Below, piece after piece: positions 18,512 through 28,360 of a stretch of 64,000 bases of DNA; the stretch's first letter is position 1, and each line of letters starts with the position of its first letter. A program made the translations under genes and the position numbers. The DNA comes from Chloroflexota bacterium. Its GTDB lineage: Bacteria; Chloroflexota; Chloroflexia; QHBQ01. The notes below the pieces were generated by a model. That model worked only from the letters and a program-made list of their open reading frames with translations, was not told the origin of the DNA and did no database searches. Location of the stretch: NCBI GenBank assembly GCA_025355955.1, contig JANXYP010000016.1, positions 73-64,072 on the forward strand, read 5' to 3'.

Positions 18512-19450
18512 TTGATGGCAAAGATTGGGATTATTGGCACAGGGCTGGTGGGCGCGACCTTCGGCTACGCTCTGACCGGCAGCGGGGTGGCGACCGAGGT
18601 GGTGCTGATTGACGTGAACCGGCAGCGGGCCGAGGGCGAGGCGATGGACCTCAACCACTCGGTCGCCTTCAGCCAGCCGATGGACTTCATCGCGGGCGAC
18701 TATCCTGACCTGACAGGCGCAAGTGTGATCGTGATCGCTGCTGGGGCGAACCAGAAACCGGGCCAGACCCGACTCGACCTGGTGCTGACCAATGTCAACA
18801 TCTTTCGCAGTATTGTGCCGCAGGTGGTGAAGTATGCGCCCGACGCAATTATCGTGGTGGTGGCGAACCCGGTGGATGTGCTGACCTACGCGACCATCCG
18901 CCTGTCGGGGCTGCCCAGGGGTCGCGTGTTCGGCAGCGGCACCACTTTGGACAGCGGGCGGCTGCGTTATCTGCTCGGTGATTATTACGGCATTGACCCG
19001 CGCAGTGTCCACGCCTACATCATCGGCGAACACGGTGACAGCGAATTGCCGGTGTGGAGCAGCGCCCGCGTTGCCGGTATGCCGCTGCCCGACTTTGCGC
19101 GGGCGATTGGCCGCGAACACCGCCAGGAAGACCTCGACCACATTTTCGACCAGGTACGCACCGCTGCCGACGCGATCATCCAGCGCAAGGGCGCAACCTA
19201 CTACGCGATCGGCAGCGGCCTGCTACGCATCGTGGAGAGCCTGCTACGCGACCAGAACACCGTCCTGCCAATCAGCACTCTGCTCGACGGCTATCAGGAT
19301 GTGCGCGATGTGTGCCTCAGCGTCCCTTCGGTTATCGGCAGCGACGGAGTGAAGCACGCCCTGCCCATCGCCCTGAACGATAGCGAGGCCGTCGCCTTTC
19401 GCCACTCCGCGCAGCTACTGAAGGATATAATCGCGCAGGCAGGGATATAA
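18512..19450 (+). CDS. ldh: L-lactate dehydrogenase
   Basis: 312 aa with the Rossmann motif IGIIGTGLVGATF, the substrate loop GANQKPGQTRLDL (Gln at the LDH/MDH discriminating position) and IGEHGDS. Confidence 0.85.
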   Translation: MMAKIGIIGTGLVGATFGYALTGSGVATEVVLIDVNRQRAEGEAMDLNHSVAFSQPMDFIAGDYPDLTGASVIVIAAGANQKPGQTRLDLVLTNVNIFRSIVPQVVKYAPDAIIVVVANPVDVLTYATIRLSGLPRGRVFGSGTTLDSGRLRYLLGDYYGIDPRSVHAYIIGEHGDSELPVWSSARVAGMPLPDFARAIGREHRQEDLDHIFDQVRTAADAIIQRKGATYYAIGSGLLRIVESLLRDQNTVLPISTLLDGYQDVRDVCLSVPSVIGSDGVKHALPIALNDSEAVAFRHSAQLLKDIIAQAGI

Positions 19451-19456
19451 GACAGC

Positions 19457-19477
19457 GCTGAGTGCTGAGTGCTGAGT
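19457..19477. repeat. Heptamer array (GCTGAGT)x3
   Basis: It lies directly after the ldh stop. It is followed at about 19474-19530 by a third, diverged copy of the AAACCCCAGCGGGGTT terminator-like unit. Confidence 0.75.
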
Positions 19478-19578
19478 GATAAGCCTGGGCAAATAAACCC
19501 CAGCGGGGTTGAGGGAGAAGTGCCGACTTACTACCAGGTCGGTTGCTGGCAAATCCGCCGGAACGAAAGGAATTGGCG

Positions 19579-20286
19579 ATGTATCAGAAAGAGGCTGCGT
19601 ATTACGACGCAATCTACAGCTTCAAGGATTATGAGCGTGAGGCCGATTATTTGCACGAGCTAATCGAGCAGCATCGCACGCGGGCGGGCGGTTCGCTGCT
19701 GGATGTTGGTTGCGGCACTGGCAGCTTCATTGGTTCGCTGCAACTCTACTATCGTGTGGAGGGGGTAGACCTTTCGCCGCATATGCTCAAAGTTGCCCGC
19801 GAACGCTACCCCGATGTTCCCTACCACGAAGGAGATATGGCCGACTTTGATCTCGGCAAGCAGTTCGATGTGGTCATCTGCATGGGCAGTGCGATTGGCT
19901 ACACCAGGAACGTGGCGCGGATGCAGCAAGCGGTTGCCAACATGGCGAAGCACCTGCACAATAGCGGCGTGCTGGTGGTCGAACCCTGGCTGCACCCTGA
20001 AGCATACAAGGTGGGCCGCATCGGCGCAAACTTCGTCAATCAGCCTGAACTGAAGATTGCGCGGATGAGCATCAGCGAATTGGACGGCAACCTGTCGGTG
20101 TTTGATATGCACCACCTGGTTACTACGCCCGCAGGAGTCGAATATTTCGTCGAGCATCACGAACTGGCGTTGTTCAGCGACGAGGAATACCGCGCCGCCT
20201 TCGAGGCTGCTGGCCTGGTAGTCATCCACGACGAGGGCATTATTGGCCGCGGGCTATACGTGGGCAGGAAGCCGGAGCCGGTGTAG
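19579..20286 (+). CDS. Class I SAM-dependent methyltransferase (TylM1/DesVI-like architecture)
   Basis: MYQKEAAYYDAIYSFKDYEREADYL at the N-terminus and SAM motif I LLDVGCGTGSF. The ATG at 19579 is preferred over the ORF-track start at 19543. Confidence 0.75.
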   Translation: MYQKEAAYYDAIYSFKDYEREADYLHELIEQHRTRAGGSLLDVGCGTGSFIGSLQLYYRVEGVDLSPHMLKVARERYPDVPYHEGDMADFDLGKQFDVVICMGSAIGYTRNVARMQQAVANMAKHLHNSGVLVVEPWLHPEAYKVGRIGANFVNQPELKIARMSISELDGNLSVFDMHHLVTTPAGVEYFVEHHELALFSDEEYRAAFEAAGLVVIHDEGIIGRGLYVGRKPEPV

Positions 20287-20375
20287 GCCCGGACCCTCTC
20301 CCGGCCTCCCCCACTGGGGGAGGGGTGAAGAACAGCAACCTACATTCTACCTTCTACATTCCTATGGGGAGCAAT

Positions 20376-21956
<1,581 letters not shown>

Positions 21957-21965
21957 TACGGTCGC

Positions 21966-22355
21966 TCAGTTAGGGGGTAGACCTATTTTGGCGCGAATGA
22001 AGGCGCGGAAGGTGACAAGTGCTTGGAATACTGATTGTGCATCAGCCTCGCTGGCCCAGAAGCCCGGATAGCGATAAAGGACTGAATACAAGTTGAGCTG
22101 GCTCAGTATCAAGCGATAGGCTTCAAATGTGACATCAAGTTTGAGGCAAAGCTCCATGAGATCAATAAGCTCGTGAGTCTTGGGAGTGCTGTCGCTATGC
22201 TCATGCAAGTATGCCTTTAGATACTTCTCGGCGCATTGCTGGGCAAGAAAGCAGACCAGATTGTAGTTAGTTCCTGGCGTAACCGCTGCTTCCCGACCTG
22301 CGCTGGCGTAATCATCCTCAGCCCTCTCTACCCACTCAGCGGTTAGGCTGTTCAT
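21966..22355 (-). CDS. HEPN-domain protein (toxin-like partner of module A)
   Basis: 129 aa. QQCAEKYLKAYLHEH...THELIDLMELC...YRYPGFW...FRAFIRAKIG is paralogous to the C-half of 50374-51177 and to 52556-52939. It overlaps the MNT gene by 20 nt. Confidence 0.8.
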   Translation of the reverse strand: MNSLTAEWVERAEDDYASAGREAAVTPGTNYNLVCFLAQQCAEKYLKAYLHEHSDSTPKTHELIDLMELCLKLDVTFEAYRLILSQLNLYSVLYRYPGFWASEADAQSVFQALVTFRAFIRAKIGLPPN

Positions 22356-22716
22356 AAAGAACTTTCCCTCTCTGAGTTATCTCTCTAAGGAAAAAGTCGC
22401 CCAGGGCAATTCGCTGCTTCAAGGTAGTGGGTGGCCTAACCAGCAAATCAATTGCAAGGTCCGAATCTAGGGCATTCAAAATATCAAGCTCCTGATCGAT
22501 CCAATGCTGCCGCGTATCCATCACCACTAGCAGATCCACATCGCTGTCAGGGCGCGGTGTGCCGTAGGCGTAGGAGCCGAATAGGATGATGCGTTGGGGA
22601 TGGAATAGGTCGGCGATCTGCCGCACCAGGTCATCAATCGCTTCCTGGGGGATGCGATCGCGCTCAGTGATGTCGGCAACGTGGATGGGGAGATGGTTCG
22701 TCTCAGTTGCGGACAT
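22336..22716 (-). CDS. Minimal nucleotidyltransferase (MNT) domain protein, module A
   Basis: 126 aa with the NTase motif ILFGSYAYGTPRPDSDVDLLVVMD. Confidence 0.85.
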   Translation of the reverse strand: MSATETNHLPIHVADITERDRIPQEAIDDLVRQIADLFHPQRIILFGSYAYGTPRPDSDVDLLVVMDTRQHWIDQELDILNALDSDLAIDLLVRPPTTLKQRIALGDFFLREITQRGKVLYEQPNR

Positions 22717-22740
22717 GGCGGCCTCCTCTTGTATGCACTG

Positions 22741-22769
22741 ATTATAGCACGGGAGAAGGAATGAGACAA
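22741..22769 (-). promoter_or_regulatory. Promoter of MNT-HEPN module A (TTGTCT, 17-bp spacer, TGcTATAAT on the minus strand)
   Basis: The reverse complement reads TTGTCTCATTCCTTCTCCCGTGCTATAAT, and GAGGAGG lies before the ATG at 22716. Confidence 0.55.
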
Positions 22770-22965
22770 GGGCGTACGTCCAGTTGAGTGTGCATCACGT
22801 TCTTGTAAGGCAAACGCCGGTAGGTGCAAACCGTTATTCGCTCTGATCGGGTATGCAAAAACAAGAGCGTACCTTCATTTGGAAGCGCGCCCTCTGTGTT
22901 CGTGATTGGTAATATACCGCTGGCAGGGATGCTGTATAATGGGGAGTGAGTAGCCGCGCCCCTCA

Positions 22966-23436
22966 GTGGCGCAAGGTTTGAGGAGGAGCGCATTGAGCGA
23001 GGACGACGACCAACAACTATTCTGGGAGCAGTTCAAGGCGCGGGGGCAAGCCCAGCCTTACTATCAACTGCTCGGTATCGTGGTGGAGGAGATCAGCGAC
23101 GTTGGCAGCCGCCTGCGTCTCTACCTCGACCCCAAGCTAGCCCAATTCCACGGCTTCGCCCATGGTGGAGTCGCGGCGGGGCTGATCGACTCGGCGGTGG
23201 GCATGGCGGTTGGTGGAGCAGTGGGCCGCGAGGTAAATGTAATGACCATGGAGATGAAGCTGAACTACTTTCGCCCCTTCCCGCTCGGCGAGACGGTGAT
23301 CGCCACGGGACGGGTGGTAAACAGGAGCCGCCGCACCGTCTACGGCGAGGCCGAGGTCCACGACAGCAAGGGCAGGCTGCTGGCGAAGGGTGCGGCCACT
23401 TACATCACGGTGGAGCATGAGATTCAGACAACCTGA
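22966..23436 (+). CDS. PaaI-family hotdog-fold thioesterase
   Basis: HGGVAAGLIDSAVGMA motif. The RBS GAGGAGG favours the TTG at 22993 as the real start. Confidence 0.8.
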   Translation: MAQGLRRSALSEDDDQQLFWEQFKARGQAQPYYQLLGIVVEEISDVGSRLRLYLDPKLAQFHGFAHGGVAAGLIDSAVGMAVGGAVGREVNVMTMEMKLNYFRPFPLGETVIATGRVVNRSRRTVYGEAEVHDSKGRLLAKGAATYITVEHEIQTT

Positions 23437-23491
23437 GAATAAGCTGGGCGATGATTAGATGCTTACTTTTACCAACTTGCGCCTTTATCTA

Positions 23492-23584
23492 ATACCAAAT
23501 AGCCGCAGCAATGCTATAGTTCAGTAGGGGCGAACCGTTGTTCGCCCTGGCTCAATCTATAGCGGCACCATCGCTAATTGGTAT
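23492..23584. repeat. ~93-bp palindromic MITE/REP-like element, copy 4
   Basis: ATACCAAATAGCCGCAGCAATGCTATAGTTCAGTAGGGGCGAACCGTTGTTCGCCCTGGCTCAATCTATAGCGGCACCATCGCTAATTGGTAT, in the convergent gap. Confidence 0.85.
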
Positions 23585-23607
23585 AACGTTTTTGGCACGT
23601 CACGTCA

Positions 23608-24741
23608 TCAGCGCGAAGAAATGAAGCTGCCCAGCCAGTTGCGGATATCATCGCCCAGTACGCCCAGCCAGTAGGTAAGGTTGTCGAGCGGCAGGGTGCG
23701 CCACAATTGGTCGCGCAGCAACAGGGCGCAGATGGCGGCGAAGCAGAACGATGCGCCCACCGGGACGTAGTCGTGCATCCGTTTGGCCCGCACCAAGACC
23801 AGCATCAGACCGATCAGTCCGGCAATTAGCGGGCCGAGCAGCAGCGGGCCAAGGATGGTGGGATACCCTAGCATCAGACCGAGCATAACCGCCAGTTCGA
23901 CATCGCCGAAGGCGAGCGCTTCCGATTCACCGCCATAGACTAGACGGGCGATGAAGTAGAAGAATAGTAGCGTGCCACCACCCACCGCTCCACCCAGCAG
24001 TGCGGAAGACAAACCCACCTCAGGGCTGAACAACGCGCCCAGCAGGGCTAGTGCCGCGCCCGCCAGCAACACGATGGTGTAGAGGTCGTGGTGCTGCCAA
24101 TCAATCGTTAGGGTAACAATCAGCACCAGGGTGAAGATTGAGTAAATAAAGAACAGAGGGCCGAGGCCATAATCAATCCAGGCAGCGGCAAGCGCAAGGC
24201 CAGTGCCAAGCTCGATTATCGGGAAGGAGAGCGGCAGCCGCTTGCCACAGTGGCGGCAACGCCCGCGTTGCCCCAGCCAGCCAAGCAGCGGCACGCTGTC
24301 GCCCCAACCCAGCGGTTCGCCACTGCGGGTGCAGCGCAGGGTTGAGTTTTGAGTTTTGAGTTTTGAGTTTTGAGTTATAGGGAACGGTGGCGCTTCTTCC
24401 TGTATCCCTACTGCCTGCTCCACCATTGCTGATTGCGATACTGCATCCGTAGGGGCGGGCGGTGGCCCGCCCTGCTCCACCACTGCTGGTTGGGGAATGG
24501 CATCGGTAGGGGCGGGTGGTGGCCCGCCCTGCTCCGCCCCTGCTGACTGTGGAATGGCATCCGTAAGTGCGGGCAGTGGCCCGCCCTGCTGCATAGGGGC
24601 GATTATTTGTTCGCCCTGCTTGGAGGGCGTATCAGGAACAGGCCACAGCCGGGGCAGGCGATAGATGATGACGTTGAGTAGCCCGCCCAACGCTACCCCG
24701 GCAATGAAAGCAAGCATGAACAATAGCGCACCCCATACCAA
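23608..24741 (-). CDS. pilD: Prepilin peptidase (A24 family) with repeat-derived insertions in the N-terminal loop
   Basis: 377 aa. The catalytic Asp contexts are IDWQHHDLY and FGDVELAVMLG. A Cys-rich segment (RGRCRHCGKRLP) and at least 6 TM segments are present. About 100 extra residues follow TM1. Confidence 0.85.
   Translation of the reverse strand: MVWGALLFMLAFIAGVALGGLLNVIIYRLPRLWPVPDTPSKQGEQIIAPMQQGGPLPALTDAIPQSAGAEQGGPPPAPTDAIPQPAVVEQGGPPPAPTDAVSQSAMVEQAVGIQEEAPPFPITQNSKLKTQNSTLRCTRSGEPLGWGDSVPLLGWLGQRGRCRHCGKRLPLSFPIIELGTGLALAAAWIDYGLGPLFFIYSIFTLVLIVTLTIDWQHHDLYTIVLLAGAALALLGALFSPEVGLSSALLGGAVGGGTLLFFYFIARLVYGGESEALAFGDVELAVMLGLMLGYPTILGPLLLGPLIAGLIGLMLVLVRAKRMHDYVPVGASFCFAAICALLLRDQLWRTLPLDNLTYWLGVLGDDIRNWLGSFISSR
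24341..24375. repeat. Heptamer array (TTTGAGT)x5 inside the pilD CDS
   Basis: GTTGAGT TTTGAGT x4, translated on the minus strand as TQNSKLKTQNS. Confidence 0.85.
24418..24588. repeat. 57-bp x 3 in-frame tandem repeat inside pilD carrying the GTAGGGGCGGGCGGTGGCCCGCCC hairpin
   Basis: The encoded 19-aa repeats are QGGPLPALTDAIPQSAGAE, QGGPPPAPTDAIPQPAVVE and QGGPPPAPTDAVSQSAMVE. The same hairpin motif occurs in the intergenic 66-bp repeats at 8807-9004. Confidence 0.85.
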
Positions 24742-24788
24742 TGCTGAGGTTTGAGCGCTGAGTGTTGAGGTTGCCCAGCTCGCCCCTT

Positions 24789-24881
24789 ATACCAATTAGT
24801 GGTGATGCCACTATAGATTGAGGCAGGGCGAACAACGGTTCGCCCATACTGAACTATAGCAACGCCTCGGCTATTTGGTAT
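24789..24881. repeat. ~93-bp palindromic MITE/REP-like element, copy 5 (opposite orientation)
   Basis: ATACCAATTAGTGG...GGCAGGGCGAACAACGGTTCGCCCATACTGAACTATAGC...GGCTATTTGGTAT. Confidence 0.85.
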
Positions 24882-24884
24882 TAT

Positions 24885-24908
24885 AACTCAAAACTCAAAG
24901 CTCAAAAC
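24885..24908. repeat. Heptamer array (AACTCAA)x~3.5, complement of the array inside pilD
   Basis: AACTCAAAACTCAAAGCTCAAAAC lies between the aroE stop and the pilD 5' region. A degenerate array also occurs at 24744-24772. Confidence 0.7.
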
Positions 24909-24911
24909 CCA

Positions 24912-25904
24912 TTACTTCTTCGGGCGACGAACGGCGGCAAACATCACATCCAGCGGGGCAGGCTGGCCGGTCCATAGCTCGAAGGAGAGCGCGCCCTGGT
25001 AGACGAGCATCGTCAGTCCGTCAAAGCTGTGAGCGCCCCGTGCCTGCGCTTCGCGCTGTAGTCGAGTCGGTTGATACAGCAGATCGAAGACCACGCTACC
25101 AGGGAGGATCAGCTGGGGATCGATAGGGCAGTCGTCGTAGTGCATTGGGCTGAGGCCAATAGCCGTGGCGTTGATCAGTAGATCGTAGGAATGGCTAGCG
25201 AGATAATGAGGTAGGTCGGCGAACGCCAGCACGGTGATGTTCATCGATTGGCGAGCGAGTGCAGCAGCCGCCTGCAGCTCCTCGCTCAAGGGTAGGGTTG
25301 GATCGAAGCCGTTGCCCTGCTGCATGGGGTCGGCATCATTACCGTCCTCGTCGGGATAGGAGAGGGTAGGGGCGGGCAGTGGCGAGAGGTTGGCGAGGCG
25401 GGCGGCAAGGTACTCAGCGCGGTCGAGGGTGCGATTAGCGATTGCCAGGTCGCTAATCCCGGCGCGGGCCAGAGCGTGAGCGACGGCGCGGGCCGAACCG
25501 CCCGCCCCCAGTAGCAGCACACGACAGCCAGCCGGGTCAAAGCCCGCTTCTTCGCGCAACGCGCGCATAAAGCCGGGCGAATCAGTGTTGTAGCCAACCA
25601 GCGAACCCGCCTGGTTCACCACTACGTTGACCGCGCCGATACGGGCCGCCTCTGCGTCAATCTGGTCGAGCATCGGCAGCACATCCTCTTTGTATGGTGC
25701 GGTCAGGTTTGCGCCACGATAGTCAGGCCAGCGCAAGTCGGCAATACGGGCCTCTAGCTCGTCCGGTGGGGTCTCCCATAGCTCGTAATGGCCGGGAATG
25801 CCGGTGTGGTCGAAGGCAGCCTGCTGAATCAGGGGTGACAGGCTGTGGCTGACCGGGTAGCCGATCAGCCCGACGTGCTTGATCTCTTGCTTTATCTCGC
25901 TCAA
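24912..25904 (-). CDS. aroE: Shikimate dehydrogenase
   Basis: 330 aa with SHSLSPLIQQAAF and the NADP motif LLLGAGGSARAV. It carries a ~40-50-aa acidic/Pro-rich insertion. Confidence 0.88.
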   Translation of the reverse strand: MSEIKQEIKHVGLIGYPVSHSLSPLIQQAAFDHTGIPGHYELWETPPDELEARIADLRWPDYRGANLTAPYKEDVLPMLDQIDAEAARIGAVNVVVNQAGSLVGYNTDSPGFMRALREEAGFDPAGCRVLLLGAGGSARAVAHALARAGISDLAIANRTLDRAEYLAARLANLSPLPAPTLSYPDEDGNDADPMQQGNGFDPTLPLSEELQAAAALARQSMNITVLAFADLPHYLASHSYDLLINATAIGLSPMHYDDCPIDPQLILPGSVVFDLLYQPTRLQREAQARGAHSFDGLTMLVYQGALSFELWTGQPAPLDVMFAAVRRPKK

Positions 25905-26027
25905 GTCCCGCCTCTGGTTCTGCTAAGAAAGTTATACCACTTCGCTGTCGCGCTGCAATAAAACAGATGAGCGCGATAAATCTGCAACCCTAACGATAAT
26001 CCACTATCTCTTCGGCGTATTAGTATT

Positions 26028-26120
26028 ATACCAATACGCTACGGCGCTGCGATAAACTGGGCCAGGTCGAACATCGGTTCGCTCCTAAGAAATTGTCGCA
26101 ACACCATAGCAAATTAGTAT
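26028..26120. repeat. ~93-bp palindromic element, copy 6 (degenerate)
   Basis: ATACCAATACGC...GGCCAGGTCGAACATCGGTTCGCTCC...AAATTAGTAT. It is followed by a solo hairpin GGGGGCGAACTGCGGTTCGCCTGCC at 26128-26152. Confidence 0.55.
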
Positions 26121-26182
26121 TACACGCGGGGGCGAACTGCGGTTCGCCTGCCACTAACCGTTCTGCCTTCCACCTTCTGCTG

Positions 26183-27334
26183 CTAGCTGCCATTACAGCC
26201 GCTATACTTCTGCACCTTGCCATTATGCTCGGCAAGGGTAGAGGAGAAGTCATGGGTGCCATCCTTATTGCAGTTAAGCACAAAGTAGAGGTACTTGGTA
26301 TCGCTGGGCGCGGCGGCGGCAACCAGGCTAGCCTCGCTGGGAGAAGCAATTGCGGTGGGGGGCAAACCGTGTACAGTGTAAGTATTGTAGCCACCCAAGT
26401 CGCTCATATCTGCCAGCCCACCATTCAACTGCGGCCACCAGTCGCCAGCCGTACCCAGGGCATACTGGATGGTTGGGTCGGCGTTGAGCAGCATCCCCTT
26501 AGCCACCCGATTCCAATAGACGCTGGCGATTACCTTTCGCTCCGCTGGTGCCTTGGCCTCGCGCTCGACAATGCTGGCGATGATCACCACCTCGTGCATA
26601 TCGCTGTGGCCGTGTTGCTGTGCGACATTGATAATATCGTCTTTCTTCAGCACGGTGTCAAACTGTTTGAGCATCATGTTGATAACCGTCTTCTCCGGCT
26701 GCAACTGGTCGGCGGTGGGGGTAGGGGTTACCAGGTCGGTGCCGATTTTCATCGTGTTGGTCGGCTGCACCGATATTTCGTAGGTATCCGGCAGCAGGTA
26801 GCCCTCCAGACTGTTGCTGGCGCGCCCTGCTAGCCACGAGTAGCCATCGTAATCGGTTCCCAGGGTACCACTCATCGCAATGCTCATGAAGTGGTTGTCG
26901 TCGATGCCGTTCAAACCCTGACTGCGTAGCAGAGTGGGCATCTCAGCAATGCGCTTGCCTGGCACAATCGTGAACTTGACCGAGGCAAACGGAATCGCGG
27001 TGGTGAGCGTGGCGAGGATGTCGTTGTAGCTCATGTTCGCCTTGACGATATGTTCGCCGCTCTTCAGGTCGCTGCCCTTGCCACTGAAGCGGGCAATCAT
27101 CTCCATCCAGAAGGCAGAGCGGATCAGCTTCTGCTGCTCCAAGCGGGTAGCGACCGGGTTCATCGTGTCACCATCCTTGACTATGAAGCTGACTGGCGGT
27201 GTGTTTGGGTTGTTGGTATAGGGCTGGCCGAAGCTGAACGCACTGTAGATCAGCACCCCCACCGCCAGCACGCCGATGACCATCGCTATGCCAACCAGCG
27301 TCCACAAAAAACGGCTAAAGTATTTCATCGCCAT
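26183..27334 (-). CDS. mltG: Endolytic murein transglycosylase MltG (YceG-like)
   Basis: 383 aa with an N-terminal TM segment and the motif GGYNTYTVHGLPPTAIASPS. Confidence 0.85.
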   Translation of the reverse strand: MAMKYFSRFLWTLVGIAMVIGVLAVGVLIYSAFSFGQPYTNNPNTPPVSFIVKDGDTMNPVATRLEQQKLIRSAFWMEMIARFSGKGSDLKSGEHIVKANMSYNDILATLTTAIPFASVKFTIVPGKRIAEMPTLLRSQGLNGIDDNHFMSIAMSGTLGTDYDGYSWLAGRASNSLEGYLLPDTYEISVQPTNTMKIGTDLVTPTPTADQLQPEKTVINMMLKQFDTVLKKDDIINVAQQHGHSDMHEVVIIASIVEREAKAPAERKVIASVYWNRVAKGMLLNADPTIQYALGTAGDWWPQLNGGLADMSDLGGYNTYTVHGLPPTAIASPSEASLVAAAAPSDTKYLYFVLNCNKDGTHDFSSTLAEHNGKVQKYSGCNGS

Positions 27335-27368
27335 GCTAATCTAACTGATCTCCCCTCTTACTAACCTT

Positions 27369-27462
27369 ATACCAAATAGCTTTGGCGCTAGCGAAAATTG
27401 GGCCAGGGTGAACAACGGCTCGCCTCTACAGAAAATACACCCTATGCTCGGCTAATTGGTAT
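27369..27462. repeat. ~93-bp palindromic MITE/REP-like element, copy 7
   Basis: ATACCAAATAGC...GGCCAGGGTGAACAACGGCTCGCCTCTACAG...GGCTAATTGGTAT. Confidence 0.8.
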
Positions 27463-27666
27463 TACTTTAAGGCAGGGTGAAAGCTCCCACCGCTGCAAGT
27501 GCGGCAACACGCCCTATTTTATCAGAGGCAAGGGCGTTGCGTCAATGTGAATCGGGGCAACCGTTGCTCGCCTCTACCACCCTCCTACATGGGTTTGTGC
27601 TGCTAGGGAGCGAATAATTGCGCCCTGGCCGACTTTGCAGCAACCCTATTATTACCAGCTCCGCGC

Positions 27667-27695
27667 TTGACAAGCCAACCATGCTGCGGTATAAT
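27667..27695 (+). promoter_or_regulatory. Perfect consensus sigma70 promoter (TTGACA, 17-bp spacer, TATAAT) for tRNA-Gln
   Basis: TTGACA at 27667-27672 and TATAAT at 27690-27695. The tRNA starts 27 nt downstream. Confidence 0.75.
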
Positions 27696-27721
27696 ATCCC
27701 GCAGTGAACAAGCGCATACAT

Positions 27722-27795
27722 TGGGCTGTCGTCTAACGGTAGGACGTCTGATTCTGGATCAGAAAGTTGAGGTTCGAATCCTTGCAGCCCAGCCA
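27722..27795 (+). tRNA. tRNA-Gln (anticodon CTG), CCA encoded
   Basis: Hand-folded cloverleaf. The acceptor stem is TGGGCTG/CAGCCCA. The anticodon stem is TCTGA/TCAGA with loop TTCTGGA. The T-loop is TTCGAAT, and the 3' end is GCCA. Confidence 0.85.
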
Positions 27796-27813
27796 CCCCG
27801 CAAGGGGTTTTTT
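27796..27813 (+). terminator. Intrinsic terminator after tRNA-Gln
   Basis: The CCCCGCAAGGGG hairpin is followed by TTTTTT. Confidence 0.7.
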
Positions 27814-27831
27814 GTTGCCCCGCAAATACGT

Positions 27832-27860
27832 TTGACAAAGCCAGGGGCGTATGCTATAAT
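27832..27860 (+). promoter_or_regulatory. Perfect consensus sigma70 promoter (TTGACA, 17-bp spacer, TATAAT) for the tRNA-Trp/secE-nusG region
   Basis: TTGACA at 27832-27837 and TATAAT at 27855-27860. Confidence 0.75.
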
Positions 27861-27929
27861 ATCGGAGCGAAAGCAACCTCGCCTTATATCGGTGTGGGTT
27901 GCAACGCAAACCAAAAGTTTTAATCGCGT

Positions 27930-28005
27930 AGGCGCGTGGCTCAATTGGCAGAGCATCGGTCTCCAAAACCGAGGGTTGGGGGTTCGAGTCCCTCCGCGCC
28001 TGCCA
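27930..28005 (+). tRNA. tRNA-Trp (anticodon CCA), CCA encoded
   Basis: Hand-folded. The acceptor stem is AGGCGCG/CGCGCCT. The anticodon stem is TCGGT/ACCGA with loop CTCCAAA. The T-arm is GGGGG-TTCGAGT-CCCTC. Its position before secE-nusG is classical. Confidence 0.85.
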
Positions 28006-28058
28006 CGTCATGTCTGTTTTTGTCACCATATTATTTTACGAGAGCAGGGTAGAGGGCA

Positions 28059-28337
28059 ATGCCAACCGCAACTGAGAGCCAAGAGAAGCCGATGCAACGT
28101 TCATCACAGCCGGACCAGTCCAAAGTCAACCCCGACCAACCGAAGAGTGGCGGGATAATTGAACGTTTGCGTACCTCGTTTGATGACATTCGCAGCGAAA
28201 TTGCTAAAGTAACCTGGCCGACTCGTGAGGAGACGCGCAACCTAACTATCGTGGTGATCGGCATCAGCACGTTCGTTGGCATCCTTCTGGGCGCGGTCGA
28301 CGGGATACTCACCTTTGCCTACAGCCTCATCAAGTAA
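28059..28337 (+). CDS. secE: Preprotein translocase subunit SecE
   Basis: 92 aa with IRSEIAKVTWPTREET followed by a single C-terminal TM segment. It precedes nusG. Confidence 0.88.
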   Translation: MPTATESQEKPMQRSSQPDQSKVNPDQPKSGGIIERLRTSFDDIRSEIAKVTWPTREETRNLTIVVIGISTFVGILLGAVDGILTFAYSLIK

Positions 28338-28360
28338 ACCCACAGGGAGCGGTAAAGCAT

